Both the position numbers and the translations under genes were made by a program. The notes below the pieces were generated by a model. It saw only the letters and a list, made by a program, of their open reading frames with translations. It ran no database searches and was not told the DNA's origin. From Octopus sinensis (lineage: Eukaryota), in the NCBI RefSeq assembly GCF_006345805.1, contig NC_043000.1, forward strand, positions 72,354,001-72,418,000: a DNA stretch of 64,000 bases. The letters are read 5' to 3'. Shown here one piece after another: positions 64,000-64,000 of the stretch. Within the stretch, counting starts at the first letter, position 1. Each line of letters begins with the position of its first letter.

Positions 64000-64000
64000 A

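Overview
This is eukaryotic, AT-rich, microsatellite-dense genomic DNA. Its repeat content looks like a coleoid cephalopod, probably Octopus (inference). Almost all recognisable coding potential belongs to transposable elements: Tx1/L1-clade LINEs, a Gypsy integrase relic, R4/Dong-like REL LINEs in (AAT)n (one 717-aa intact but 5'-truncated ORF), CR1/L2-group LINEs, an RTE relic, Mariner relics and several Penelope-like elements (PLEs). There are also tRNA-derived SINEs and MITE/foldback elements. The only convincing host coding piece is a vWA-domain exon at 55661-55809. The ORF track cannot show the most interesting layer, a set of hammerhead ribozyme (HHR) motifs. (1) A 396-bp non-coding tandem unit carries one core-intact, dimer-type HHR per unit and is inserted into an older LINE, i.e. 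a retrozyme/circRNA-like architecture. (2) A PLE-derived family encodes an Asn/Ser-rich region plus GIY-YIG nuclease with no RT visible, followed by an HHR-bearing terminal repeat; two diverged subfamilies are present. (3) One HHR has the compensatory core GUGAACA (G3-C8 instead of C3-G8). (4) A tRNA-headed SINE-like element carries an HHR. Two SINE families also share a core hairpin but end in different LINE-derived 3' tails, and candidate donor LINEs for both lie in this window, one with a covarying stem-loop. All alignments and folds were done by eye; no database searches were run, and boundaries of decayed elements are approximate.
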